64,000 nt of DNA from Promethearchaeota archaeon (GTDB taxonomy: Archaea > Asgardarchaeota > Lokiarchaeia > Sigyniarchaeales > SOKP01): assembly GCA_048938005.1 (NCBI GenBank), contig JBHLMQ010000011.1, forward strand, positions 31,134 to 95,133, read 5' to 3'. The translations under genes and the position numbers were made by a program. Under the pieces are notes generated by a model. That model saw only the letters and a program-made list of their open reading frames with translations. It did no database searches and had not been told where the DNA came from. Position 1 is the first letter of the stretch, and each line of letters starts with the position of its first letter. Shown here piece by piece: positions 1 through 10,377 of the stretch.

Positions 1-95
1 TGAGTGGAGATCTACAAATCGAGGGAAATCTCCAAGATGCAATAGCATATGGAGAAGTTAATAACATGGTTGGAGAAGTATTGAGAGAACTTTGA
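1..95 (+). CDS. 3' end of SCP2 sterol-binding-domain protein (partial)
   Basis: Frame from nt 3 reads SGDLQIEGNLQDAIAYGEV...EL-stop, a typical SCP2 C-terminal motif. Confidence 0.65.
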   Translation, partial: SGDLQIEGNLQDAIAYGEVNNMVGEVLREL

Positions 96-148
96 GGAGA
101 GTAATATCATAAACATTACAATCTGAATTTTAATTCAATTTTTAAATA

Positions 149-460
149 TTAATTTTTTTTATTACTTTTTCTATGCTTAAATTTTATTCTTATATAGTCT
201 ACTAGATTAATTATCAGAAACATTATAAAACTCCATGCTAGGATGTTTATTAATAAATTAGACCAGTTAATTGTTTTCTCCGCTCCTGGATATACTAATC
301 GGCTCAACCAATAGAATGGAAAGCCCCATCTCTCAATGCCCATAACTTCTCCTATTGGATAGGGAAATAATCCAGTAATAATTGTAATAATTAAACCTCC
401 AATAATAGAAAAAAGTAATTTAATGATTAATTTAGTTTTCATAGGAGGATCTATTTGCAC
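149..460 (-). CDS. small membrane protein, hypothetical
   Basis: Two hydrophobic helices around a WGFPFYW motif, basic tail. Confidence 0.6.
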   Translation of the reverse strand: MQIDPPMKTKLIIKLLFSIIGGLIITIITGLFPYPIGEVMGIERWGFPFYWLSRLVYPGAEKTINWSNLLINILAWSFIMFLIINLVDYIRIKFKHRKSNKKN

Positions 461-537
461 ATGTTATATTTAATACCTCTATCAAAAGTCATTTCTAGGA
501 ATTCATGACCAAATAGATGTTTATATATTTCTACTAT

Positions 538-2022
538 TTATGTATTCCATCTCCCTGGATTAAAGATATTATTAGGATCCATACAGTTTTTTATCTTATC
601 AAATAACTTTAACCAGCCTGGATTGATTTTCTCTCGCAATTTTGCTGTTATCCAAGAGGGTGTTTTATAAGGGATACACCCTAAATCTATACAGACATCA
701 GCAATTTCATTTAATAATTTTACAATTCTTTCTTGATCTGAAAATTTTTTAAAACGAAAAATTGGTCTAAATATTCCATAATGACCCCCTTTCATAATTT
801 TAAGATAATTATAGGGTGGTACACCATATTTATAATATAATTCATCAGTTTTTTTAATCAATTCCTCAAACTTATCTGACGGGGCATAAGCACCAAACCA
901 TGTAAGACCACTATATTCATGCAAAGAAAGGATTTGAGAGGGTAGATCATAAATATTTCGAGCTTTTAAATTAAAGAGCTTTGCAAACTCATTATAATCA
1001 ACCAAATGAATATTAGCTCCTTTTTTATTCAAATCTTCAATTATCATTGTTAATATTTCTAATTTAGCTTCCATTTGTTTTTCTGTTTTTGCTGAGATTG
1101 GCATTACTCCTGTATATATTGGTTCTCCTGGATATCTTTTAGGTTCAGGAATACCTATTTCCATTTTAGCCACTTCTACGGAGAAGGCTGCAATATCATT
1201 AATTATATCTGCTCTTCCAACCTCTCTTAAAAACGGAGCTATATCCGTTAAACCAAAAAATAATACAAGTTGAGGTTTTTCAATTGGTTCTTTTGGCCAT
1301 AATTGAACTGAACATTTTGTTACAAGACCTGTCATTCCTTGAAAATTTACAAATAGCCCAATTAAATCAGGCATAGGATATCGACACCACCAACTATCAA
1401 AATTCTCATTATTTGTTCCATAAAAGCATGAACCAATCCTTACAACTTCTCCATCTGCGGTTATGACTTCTAAACTATTAATACTTTCTGCCATTGATCC
1501 TATTTTTGCGGCTAAACTTGTCATACCGCTTAAAAGGGCATTTCCTACGACACCAGCATATGGAGGAGCGTTGGGATAACTATATCTTAAATTAGGATAA
1601 TTATCATCTAAGCATTTTTTTAATTGCCCAAAAGTAACTCCTGGTTCCAACACAGCATACATCATATTTTCATCTATGTAAAGAATTTTATTCATTTTCT
1701 TACCGAAATCTACAATTATTCCACCATAATCAGGAATTGTAAGCCCTCCTACATTATTACCAGTTGCATAAGGAACAATAGGAATTACATTTTTGTTACA
1801 AAATTTAACAAGCTGGACTAATTGTTCTACTTTCTCAGGAATTACAACAAAGTCAGGCATATGTGGCTCATTTTCTGTCATATCATAAGAATAGGGATAT
1901 AGATCTACTTGTTTACTTGTTACATTCGATGAACCGAATATATCAACTAATTTGTCATAGACATCTTGTTTAGAAGCTCTTTCAAATATGTTTCTTTTAT
2001 TAGTTTTTGTAATTTCCATCAA
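538..2022 (-). CDS. FAD-binding oxidoreductase (GlcD/vanillyl-alcohol oxidase family)
   Basis: YSYD, PDFVVIP, VPYATGNN, VLEPGVT, GMTGLVT and C-terminal DPNNIFNPG motifs. Confidence 0.9.
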   Translation of the reverse strand: MMEITKTNKRNIFERASKQDVYDKLVDIFGSSNVTSKQVDLYPYSYDMTENEPHMPDFVVIPEKVEQLVQLVKFCNKNVIPIVPYATGNNVGGLTIPDYGGIIVDFGKKMNKILYIDENMMYAVLEPGVTFGQLKKCLDDNYPNLRYSYPNAPPYAGVVGNALLSGMTSLAAKIGSMAESINSLEVITADGEVVRIGSCFYGTNNENFDSWWCRYPMPDLIGLFVNFQGMTGLVTKCSVQLWPKEPIEKPQLVLFFGLTDIAPFLREVGRADIINDIAAFSVEVAKMEIGIPEPKRYPGEPIYTGVMPISAKTEKQMEAKLEILTMIIEDLNKKGANIHLVDYNEFAKLFNLKARNIYDLPSQILSLHEYSGLTWFGAYAPSDKFEELIKKTDELYYKYGVPPYNYLKIMKGGHYGIFRPIFRFKKFSDQERIVKLLNEIADVCIDLGCIPYKTPSWITAKLREKINPGWLKLFDKIKNCMDPNNIFNPGRWNT

Positions 2023-2026
2023 CTCT

Positions 2027-2449
2027 TTATCTTGTTTCTTTATTTAATTCATAATATTTTAGATTAGGGTCTTCAGCAACCATTATCATAGAGTCTACAA
2101 AAACATTGTAAAATTTGACAATCATACTACTGTCTTCACCTAATCCTTCAATTTCCATTTTTCCTTCATTTAACACATTGAAAGGATCTAATCTTCCGTA
2201 TGCAATGTCTAACATCGTATGAATATCTATTTTTACTTTTAGATCTGCATCCTCGAGATAAATTCTCTCAAAACTAATATTATTTTCTTTAAAAATGACA
2301 GTTATAGGATAAAACGGTGTTATATGCAGAACAACCTTTTTATTCCAATCTTTTATGTGTTTAATAAAGTTCTTATCATTTTTACGGTATTTAAAAATAT
2401 TATACAAGGATAGAGATATCAAATCATCTGGCATGTCTATACTTAGCAT
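2027..2449 (-). CDS. SCP2 sterol-binding-domain protein
   Basis: ADLKV...GRLDPFNVLNEGKMEIEG motif; 4 nt from the oxidoreductase. Confidence 0.7.
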   Translation of the reverse strand: MLSIDMPDDLISLSLYNIFKYRKNDKNFIKHIKDWNKKVVLHITPFYPITVIFKENNISFERIYLEDADLKVKIDIHTMLDIAYGRLDPFNVLNEGKMEIEGLGEDSSMIVKFYNVFVDSMIMVAEDPNLKYYELNKETR

Positions 2450-2578
2450 AATTTACTCTTAAGAAATTTTACTATAATTGGACAAATGAATTTATAATAA
2501 TTAAATTATGAATATTTAAAATTAAGAATTATCGTTAAATTGATCTTTTTTCATAATAAAAAAATTAAATAATAAATT

Positions 2579-3829
2579 TTAAGGGAAAATGCCTCTTAAT
2601 TTTATTGCTTCAGCAATCCTTGATACTGCGATAATATAAGCGGCTGTACGAAGTTGTAGATTCCTTTCTTTTGAAATTTGATAAACTTCTTCAAACGCTT
2701 TTAAAATAATTTTCCTTAATTCTTTATTAATCCTTTCTAAATCCCAAAAATATGCACGAATATCTTGAACATATTCAAAATATGAAACACATACGCCACC
2801 GCCATTTGCAAGAATATCTGGAAGCACATGAATTCCTTTATTAAACAATATTTTATCTGCTTCAGGCGTAACAGGTCCATTAGCCCCTTCTAAAACAATT
2901 TTACATTTAATATCATTAGCATTCTTTTCTGTTATCTGATTCTCGAGAGCAGCTGGAATTAAAACATCACAATCGATTATAAGCAAATCATCATTGGTAA
3001 TTAATTTATACCTCTTATCTTTATAATCTTTCAAGTAATTCCCTTCTACAGTCCACTCTAATAATTTGTCAATTTCCAATCCTTCGGAAAAATAAAGTCC
3101 TCCAGATATATCTGAAACCGCTATTACATTACAACCCTCTTTATATAATATATCGGCAATCGTACCACCTACATTTCCAAAACCTTGAACTACAATATTC
3201 TGCGATTTTAAATCTAAATTCAGCTTTTCACACATCGCCTCAAGCACAAAATATAATCCCATTCCTGTAGCAGGTTCTCGACCAACAGATCCACCAATGG
3301 AAATAGGTTTTCCTGTAACTACTCCTGGAACAGAACGCCCTTTATTCATACTATAGGTATCCATCATCCAAGCCATAATTTGGGCATTTGTGTTAACATC
3401 TGGTGCAGGGATGTCGATATCTGGACCAATAATATTAATTATTTCGGATGTATATCTCCTAGTAAGGCGTTCTAATTCCGCTCGTGATAATTTTCTAGGA
3501 TCAACACAAACTCCTCCCTTAGCTCCCCCTAAGGGCAAATTTAAAAGACTACACTTCCAAGTCATCCAAGTAGCTAAAGCTTTAACTTCATCTAAAGTGA
3601 CTTCTGGAGAAAATCTTACACCTCCCTTTCCAGGACCTCGAACAGTTGAATGATGAACTCGATATCCCTCAAAAATTTGGAGATTTCCATCATCCATCAT
3701 AATAGGAATTGAAACGATTAGTGATCGTTCTACTCTCTTAAGATATCTAGTTAAATTAGGATCTAATCCCATCTCTTTAGCAACAATATCTATTTGTTTT
3801 TTTGCTACTTCAAATGGATTTAATTTCAT
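2579..3829 (-). CDS. gdhA: glutamate dehydrogenase (Glu/Leu/Phe/Val family)
   Basis: RGPGKGG, GGAKGG, DIPAPDVNT, QGFGNVG, EGANGP, PDILANGGGVCVSYFE. Confidence 0.95.
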   Translation of the reverse strand: MKLNPFEVAKKQIDIVAKEMGLDPNLTRYLKRVERSLIVSIPIMMDDGNLQIFEGYRVHHSTVRGPGKGGVRFSPEVTLDEVKALATWMTWKCSLLNLPLGGAKGGVCVDPRKLSRAELERLTRRYTSEIINIIGPDIDIPAPDVNTNAQIMAWMMDTYSMNKGRSVPGVVTGKPISIGGSVGREPATGMGLYFVLEAMCEKLNLDLKSQNIVVQGFGNVGGTIADILYKEGCNVIAVSDISGGLYFSEGLEIDKLLEWTVEGNYLKDYKDKRYKLITNDDLLIIDCDVLIPAALENQITEKNANDIKCKIVLEGANGPVTPEADKILFNKGIHVLPDILANGGGVCVSYFEYVQDIRAYFWDLERINKELRKIILKAFEEVYQISKERNLQLRTAAYIIAVSRIAEAIKLRGIFP

Positions 3830-3941
3830 AAGTTATCACCTTTTTGAAAAATAAATTTTGAATTGATCTTAATAAAGTAATTTTTAGATTATATGAATTG
3901 TATTATTATTTTTTAATATTTAAAAAATTTCAAAAAAAGTA

Positions 3942-4979
3942 TTATAAATTAACAAGGCAATATTGTACAAATTTTAAAGGATCATTTGCGCATCCTCCTG
4001 AATCTAATCCTCCTAATTGATCTAGAATCTTTTGAGGGATAAGATTATCAGCAATCCACAAATCTTTTAAATTCATCAAGGATTCTAATCCTTTAATTTG
4101 TATTATCTGGTTTTGGCCTAAATCAAGCGTTTCTAAATTTGTCAATGTTTCAAGTCCTTTAATTTCACTTATATTATTTTCTGATAGAAAGAGATTCTCT
4201 AAATTAAGTAAGGAATATAGTCCTTTAATGTGGCGAATATTGTTTTGTTTTAAATTTAGTATTATTAAATCTTTACAGTTATCCAAACCTTTAATTTCTG
4301 AAATTTGATTAGTATTAAGCCATAGAGTTTCCATACTTTCTAAAGTATTTAATCCATTTATTTCTTCGATTAAATTGTTATTTAGATAAAGACTCTTTAA
4401 TTTTTTAAGATTTTCTAACCCAGCAATATTTTTAATTTGATTTCCAGCAAGGTTTAACACTTCTAAATTCTCTAAATTTTCAAGATTTTTCATTTCCTGT
4501 AGTTGATTTCCTGCAATCCATAAAACTTCTAGATTTGTTAAATTATCAAGAGCTTTAATTTCTGTTATGTTATTCCATGAAAGATCTAACCTTATTAACG
4601 AAGTTAAATTTTCTAAACCTTTTAGCTCGGTTATTTTATTTCCCCTTAAATATAACTCTTCCAAATTTCTTAAATTTTCTAATCCCTTTATCTCCGTTAA
4701 TTTATTACTTACTAGATGTAAAATCTTGAGTTTTTCTAAATTTTCTAAACCTTTAATTTCTACAATTTTATTACTACCCAAATTTAAAATTTCTAAATCG
4801 GTTAAGTCGTCCAAACCTTTTATTACTACAATGTCATTTGAACTTAACTCTAGATTCTTTAAATCCTTTAGTTTCGATAATCCTTGTATTTCATCGATAT
4901 CTTTTATTTCTAAAAGACCTAAATCCAGAAAACCGTCCTTAACATCAAACCTAGTACCCGCTAATTCAACAGATTTCAT
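3942..4979 (-). CDS. leucine-rich repeat protein (SDS22/internalin-like 22-aa repeats)
   Basis: About 13 repeats of LxxLxLxxNxIxEIKGLExL. Confidence 0.9.
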   Translation of the reverse strand: MKSVELAGTRFDVKDGFLDLGLLEIKDIDEIQGLSKLKDLKNLELSSNDIVVIKGLDDLTDLEILNLGSNKIVEIKGLENLEKLKILHLVSNKLTEIKGLENLRNLEELYLRGNKITELKGLENLTSLIRLDLSWNNITEIKALDNLTNLEVLWIAGNQLQEMKNLENLENLEVLNLAGNQIKNIAGLENLKKLKSLYLNNNLIEEINGLNTLESMETLWLNTNQISEIKGLDNCKDLIILNLKQNNIRHIKGLYSLLNLENLFLSENNISEIKGLETLTNLETLDLGQNQIIQIKGLESLMNLKDLWIADNLIPQKILDQLGGLDSGGCANDPLKFVQYCLVNL

Positions 4980-5161
4980 ATAGTTTACGCCATTTAACTT
5001 TCTAAAATAACATACTGTTATTAATTCGATATAAATAATTATATAAGCCTTATTATTTATTCATTTTTTTTATAAAAACTTATTATAAGTTTAAACAAGA
5101 TTTAACCTGATTCTATAACATAATAAAAACTTATTAAATCTTAATTTAGTATAAGATTAAT

Positions 5162-5314
5162 ATGAATGTAGTTGTTTGTAAAGAGTGTGGATACTCCTTC
5201 GAAAATAAAATTGAAGGTAAATATTTTTGCCCAAATTGTTCGAAAGAAATGAAATTTTTTAAATTTGAAGCTTTTTGTGGAGCTAAACCTAATGAAATTC
5301 ATGAAAATGATTAA
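5162..5314 (+). CDS. small zinc-ribbon protein (50 aa, not in ORF track)
   Basis: MNVVVCKECGYSF...FCPNCSKEM: CxxC...CxxC. Confidence 0.6.
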   Translation: MNVVVCKECGYSFENKIEGKYFCPNCSKEMKFFKFEAFCGAKPNEIHEND

Positions 5315-5345
5315 AGTTATAAGTTAACGTATTTTCTTTCTTTTT

Positions 5346-6053
5346 ATGGCAAGAGCACTCTATATGGATGATTCTTATCTTAAAAATTGGAATGCTAAAG
5401 TCCTAAACGTTACAGATGATAAATATATTGTTCTTGATAAGACGGCATTCTATCCTAAGGGAGGCGGTCAACCATGGGATGAAGGCTTTATCATTAAAGA
5501 TGATGAAAAATTTAAAGTGATTTATGTTGGAAAGTTCTCAGGTAAAATAAGTCATGAAGTAGATAAACCAGGTTTAAAAGAAGGTGATGAAGTGAATTGT
5601 GAAATTAACTGGGAACGAAGATATACTTTTATGCGCTATCATACAGCTTCTCACTTAATCAGTAATATACTTTACAACAGAGCAGGAGCAAAAATTACAG
5701 GTAATCAAATTGAGTTGGATAAAACGAGGATGGATTTTTCAATGAAAGATTATTCTCCAGAAAAACTGCGTGAATTTGTCGATGAAGCTAATAGGATTAT
5801 CAAGAAAAATTTGCCAATAACCATCAATTACATGACTAAAGACGAAGTTTTAGGAAGACCAGAATTAGCTAGATTAGCAGTAGGATTACCCGAAAATATT
5901 AAGGAATTTCGTATCGTTAATATCGGTGAGATAGATGAACAAGTCGATGGTGGCACTCATGTTAACACCCTAAAAGAAATTGGGAATATTGAAGTTATTA
6001 AAACCATAAATAAAGGGAAAAATAACAGAAGAATGTATTTTGTTTTGAAATAA
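5346..6053 (+). CDS. alaXM: alanyl-tRNA editing protein AlaX-M
   Basis: LDKTAFYPKGGGQP, MRYHTASH, DGGTH motifs. Confidence 0.9.
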   Translation: MARALYMDDSYLKNWNAKVLNVTDDKYIVLDKTAFYPKGGGQPWDEGFIIKDDEKFKVIYVGKFSGKISHEVDKPGLKEGDEVNCEINWERRYTFMRYHTASHLISNILYNRAGAKITGNQIELDKTRMDFSMKDYSPEKLREFVDEANRIIKKNLPITINYMTKDEVLGRPELARLAVGLPENIKEFRIVNIGEIDEQVDGGTHVNTLKEIGNIEVIKTINKGKNNRRMYFVLK

Positions 6054-6100
6054 TAATTATACTGTTCTTAATAAAAATATAAAATAATATTGTTTTTACT

Positions 6101-7834
6101 ATGGTTGAAAATAAACCTGGTAAGAAGGAGAAAAAGAAGTTAATAGCTCGGTTGGGGAAAAAACAAGTAATTTCTGTAGGAATAATATCATCAGTAGCAA
6201 TAGCAGTGATTATTAGCGGTATTTATTTCTTTACAATACCAGAGGTAAGAGGTGATGAAATTATCATTGGTTTGAACGATGCTCCAAATTCTATCGATCC
6301 ACTTAAGAATCCAACTCCAAAATATGTAAATCTAATCATAATTGATCAAATTGCGGAAGGATTATTTGCTTACGACCAAAACAAAACGGATACTCCCATT
6401 ACTCCTAATCTAGCATTGAATGGGAGTTGGAGCCTTGATCACCTAAATTTCACTTGTACTCTAAGAAGTAATGTCACATTCCACGATGGAACACCATTTA
6501 ATGCTACAGCTGTAAAATGGAACTTTGATAGAATTTATAAATTTATTGAAATTATGCCGCAATATGACACGATGTATTGGTATCCTGCATATTTAGACTC
6601 AGAAGGTAATCCAATCATAAATCGCACTGAAATAGTAAATGATTATACTGTAAAATTTGTCTTAAACAAACCTTATGTTCCTATAAGGGATTTACTTACC
6701 CTCTGGAACTCTTACATACTTTCCCCGAATTCTACTCCAGATGACGAATTCATCGATATTAGGACTGGGAAGCTAGTCGGAACTGGCCCTTTTATTTTTG
6801 ATTCCTGTGAGGTAGATTTCTACGGTGAGAGTTTGAAAACAGATATGCATGCTAATCCAAATTATTGGGGTGGAACACCCTCAATTAATATACTGTCATT
6901 TCTTGCATTAAATTCTGGTACAGAAAGAATGGAAAGAATGTTATCTGGAGAGCTTTCATATACTATGGGACCTCGTGATGATAGTGTACTCGATATATAC
7001 AGAAACACTCCCGGAATTACTGTAGTTCCAAAAACAAGATTGAATTTATTTTATCTTGGTATGAATAACAACACAATAGATGTCACAATGAGAAGGGCAA
7101 TTTCTTATGCTTTTAATTATACTCGCCATATTGAAGAATATTGGGGAGGACATGCAGAGAGAGCAAGATCTCCTCTTTCAAATAGGATGCGTTATTCTAA
7201 CTGGGAGGATTTTGATGTGCCAGATTATAATATTACAAGAGCAAGACAAATCTTAAAAGATGCGAATTGGCCTGGAACAAGTGGGTTAACCGCAAACGAT
7301 AATATAACTACTGGAAACGAGTGGGAAATGATAGCAAATAGTTCAACACCTCTAAGAATATATAATTTTTCGACTTGTACTTCATGGATGGAATTCGTAG
7401 CTAATCTAACAATTGCAGATCTCAAACAGATTGGAGTGAAAGTAAATATTCTTAAAATGGGAGGTGTTGAATTTTTTGATAAATTATATGAAGGTGAACA
7501 CGATATTTTTACGGCAGGATGGGGAGTTACTCGTACGGACCCTGTTGATGTTATCAACCCATTATACTCAAGTAAAGTAGATGGGGTTAGTAATTATATT
7601 AATTTCAATGATACAAAAGTACAACAATGGATGGAACAAGCTCTTGAAGAATTTAATGAAACCAAAAGGGAACAATTATACTTTAAGATTCAACAGCGCT
7701 TTATTGAACAGCTTAATCCATTCCTATGGCTAGCTCATCCTATAGATTATGATATTTGGGATTCAGATGTAAAAGGAATCCCAATAGATGGAGCTCCATT
7801 GAGACTTATATTAAAATATTGTTATTTAACTTAA
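6101..7834 (+). CDS. membrane-anchored family-5 (DppA/OppA-like) solute-binding protein, cassette copy 1
   Basis: LRSNVTFHDGTPFNATAVKWNFDR, VGTGPF, NPNYWG, RRAISYA; N-terminal TM anchor. Confidence 0.9.
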   Translation: MVENKPGKKEKKKLIARLGKKQVISVGIISSVAIAVIISGIYFFTIPEVRGDEIIIGLNDAPNSIDPLKNPTPKYVNLIIIDQIAEGLFAYDQNKTDTPITPNLALNGSWSLDHLNFTCTLRSNVTFHDGTPFNATAVKWNFDRIYKFIEIMPQYDTMYWYPAYLDSEGNPIINRTEIVNDYTVKFVLNKPYVPIRDLLTLWNSYILSPNSTPDDEFIDIRTGKLVGTGPFIFDSCEVDFYGESLKTDMHANPNYWGGTPSINILSFLALNSGTERMERMLSGELSYTMGPRDDSVLDIYRNTPGITVVPKTRLNLFYLGMNNNTIDVTMRRAISYAFNYTRHIEEYWGGHAERARSPLSNRMRYSNWEDFDVPDYNITRARQILKDANWPGTSGLTANDNITTGNEWEMIANSSTPLRIYNFSTCTSWMEFVANLTIADLKQIGVKVNILKMGGVEFFDKLYEGEHDIFTAGWGVTRTDPVDVINPLYSSKVDGVSNYINFNDTKVQQWMEQALEEFNETKREQLYFKIQQRFIEQLNPFLWLAHPIDYDIWDSDVKGIPIDGAPLRLILKYCYLT

Positions 7835-7844
7835 TTAAACGAAG

Positions 7845-8834
7845 TTAAGTTGGGACACTATATAGATTCCAAAAATAATCTCCTCCATCCCATTTAAATA
7901 AAGTGAAATTATAGTTATTTTGAGTAGGAAAATCTTTGGAATAAAAAAATTGTCCTGCCATTAATGGTAAGGTATCCCTCTCGAAGCCTATCCATGTATT
8001 TTGTCCTTCAACGCCGAAACCAGTTTTATTATACAATGTAAATTGAGCCCCGATATTAGGTGAATAATCATTATAGATTAAAGAGATGTATCCAGTTTTT
8101 GTAATTCCAGTACCAGTAATATTGGCACCCATTTCTTCAAATTGATAAATATCAATAGTAATATAACCTATTTCATTAACAAAAGTCAATGTACAATTTT
8201 GATTATATTGATTGTTATAAGCTTTTAATGTTATATCTCCATTATTGACAATTCCAGTTACATTGCCTAAAATGTTACAGGAAGTAAAATCATAAAAAAT
8301 ATTACCATTAATGACATTTGTGAATACGTTATTTAGGTTAATTCCCATTGGTGTGATCACTTCGACTGCCCCTTCTAGAACTGATGAATTAATATCAAAA
8401 ATAACATCAGCTCGTAATAAAACATTTATGTTAATATTTGCTTTATGTAGATTTGAAAAATCCGCTATCATGTCTGATTTTATTTCTAAAGTGAAATTTA
8501 TTGGAGAAGTCAAGTTTTCCCAATAAATATTCAATAGATCTAAGTACGATTTTCCATCTAAGTTTGGACCTGCCATCTCAATATTTACGTCTATTTTTAC
8601 AAGATAATCAACCGGTTGAGTATTATAATTTATATTGATTTTACCTACATCAGCATTAAGATTCAATTGTCTTTCAAGAGGGTGTGTAGTTGATGAATAT
8701 ACATATGTAAGGGATTCATCAATCCTACTATAATTTGAATATTCAGCTAATAGAATGACGGTTGGAATACTTATAATAATAAGAGCAAAAGTAATGTTTA
8801 TTATGATAAGTATGGTTTTATAATTTCTCTCCAT
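7845..8834 (-). CDS. membrane-anchored beta-rich extracellular protein (DUF4097/adhesin-like), copy 1
   Basis: N-terminal TM followed by Asn/Ile/Gly-rich beta repeats; paralogous to 16716.. and 25988.. Confidence 0.7.
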   Translation of the reverse strand: MERNYKTILIIINITFALIIISIPTVILLAEYSNYSRIDESLTYVYSSTTHPLERQLNLNADVGKININYNTQPVDYLVKIDVNIEMAGPNLDGKSYLDLLNIYWENLTSPINFTLEIKSDMIADFSNLHKANININVLLRADVIFDINSSVLEGAVEVITPMGINLNNVFTNVINGNIFYDFTSCNILGNVTGIVNNGDITLKAYNNQYNQNCTLTFVNEIGYITIDIYQFEEMGANITGTGITKTGYISLIYNDYSPNIGAQFTLYNKTGFGVEGQNTWIGFERDTLPLMAGQFFYSKDFPTQNNYNFTLFKWDGGDYFWNLYSVPT

Positions 8835-8873
8835 TATTACAATTCTTGAAAGATTACAAATTTCTCTAAGTAA

Positions 8874-8900
8874 TTAGATAAGATAAGTTTGTATTTAAAT
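8874..8900 (-). promoter_or_regulatory. conserved promoter motif (TTTAAATA TATA-like + TCTTATCTAA) of beta-rich gene, copy 1
   Basis: TTAGATAAGA..N..TATTTAAAT recurs at 17785-17811 and 27024-27050 at the equivalent position. Confidence 0.6.
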
Positions 8901-9017
8901 TGTTTACCAAAAATAATCCTATATAGCCCTCTATTGAAATTTATCAAAAAAGCATAATTTATTAATATTGAAATTCCTTAATAGATATTTATTGATTAAT
9001 TTAACTTAGCAGATGTT

Positions 9018-10010
9018 ATGACATTCGATCCTCTAGAACGTTTTTTCTCAAGCATGGCTATTTTTCTATTATTTATTTGTAGTCTTTTATATATCTCCAG
9101 GGGATTTAAAAGAGACGATAAAAATGAAAGAATTTTAATGTTCGGATTTGGAGTTTTTTCGTTTAAGATTGCCTTAACAAGACTATTTTTTTATATCATC
9201 GACTATTTTTTGATCGGAACTTACACTGGCGATTTAAATATTATTATTCAGACTTACGATGTCGTAAATTATATTTTTCTATATTTCTACTTATATCTAT
9301 ATATCCAAGTTTTTATAAGTACAATAGTTATAATGACCATATTTATTTGGTCGTCATTCAAGTCAAAACATGAATTTCAGGCAATCTCATCAGTTATAGC
9401 GATCGGATTTGCCATATTTTTAATTGGATGGAGTTTTGAGGCATTTATTATAAAAAATTTAAGAATATTTACTCCTGCAATACCTCCGATATTTATAATA
9501 ATGGGAGTTCTTATAACTATTTCACCGTTAATAGGCTATATTGAATTCTTTTCAAAACGCATTGTCAAAGTATTTATTTTAATCATGATAAGTTTACTCG
9601 CAATATATATAGGATTAACTTTAATTTTTAATATTCAATTGGTTGATTTGGTCCTAATTATAATTTGGATAGCCGTTTTTACTCTCATTTTAACAATAGG
9701 ATATATATTTTATAATTATGTGAAAAGAAGAGAATCTGGCAAGTATAAGGAAGAACTAAAAGATACATTAAGAATTTTTACCAAACCTCCTAAATTTGAT
9801 ATACAAGAAATCAAATATAGTAGAGAAAAAGAATTATGTCTGGTGTGCAAAAATAAGATTTCAGGATTGACATATGTTTGTCCTAAATGTGGTGCATGGT
9901 ACTGTTTAGCCTGTTGTGAAGCCTTAACTGAGTTAGAAAACGCTTGTTGGGGATGCGAAACACCTTTTGATAAGTTTAAATCTGTAAAATATATGAATAA
10001 AAATTATTGA
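9018..10010 (+). CDS. multi-pass membrane protein with C-terminal C4C4 RING-like zinc finger, copy 1
   Basis: About 7-8 hydrophobic helices; C-x2-C-x10-C-x2-C-x4-C-x2-C-x10-C-x2-C. Confidence 0.8.
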   Translation: MTFDPLERFFSSMAIFLLFICSLLYISRGFKRDDKNERILMFGFGVFSFKIALTRLFFYIIDYFLIGTYTGDLNIIIQTYDVVNYIFLYFYLYLYIQVFISTIVIMTIFIWSSFKSKHEFQAISSVIAIGFAIFLIGWSFEAFIIKNLRIFTPAIPPIFIIMGVLITISPLIGYIEFFSKRIVKVFILIMISLLAIYIGLTLIFNIQLVDLVLIIIWIAVFTLILTIGYIFYNYVKRRESGKYKEELKDTLRIFTKPPKFDIQEIKYSREKELCLVCKNKISGLTYVCPKCGAWYCLACCEALTELENACWGCETPFDKFKSVKYMNKNY

Positions 10011-10040
10011 AGAAATTTTATAAAAAAAATTCATGAAAAA

Positions 10041-10238
10041 GTGAAGTTAATGATTGATTTTATTTTTTTAATTCTAATTATTTTCTTAATAATTTCATTT
10101 CTTACTTCATTAATTATATCAATATGGGTTTATAGAGATGCAAAAAACAGGGATCTAAATGCTTTCCTATGGATTTTAATAATATGGTTGATCCCTAGCT
10201 TATTTGGATTATATTTTTATCTAAAAAGTAGAGAATAA
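10041..10238 (+). CDS. small 2-TM protein (WVYRDA, PLDc_N-like)
   Basis: IWVYRDA...WILIIW motif; paralog at 28327. Confidence 0.7.
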   Translation: MKLMIDFIFLILIIFLIISFLTSLIISIWVYRDAKNRDLNAFLWILIIWLIPSLFGLYFYLKSRE

Positions 10239-10377
10239 TTATTAAAAAATATACATCCTTATATCATTAGAGAATATCGTAAAGTCTTTTTGATTATAAT
10301 CAATAAATTTACTTCAATTAGAATTAATATCTATAAATAAATTAGCTAGAAGCATAAAAACAGAAAGCTACACAATT

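Noticed and set aside
3942-4979. DNA tandem repeat array
   Set aside because: The 66-nt periodicity is explained by the LRR coding repeats
6101-7834. Complete peptide ABC transporter operon
   Set aside because: No permease or ATPase genes next to any of the three SBPs
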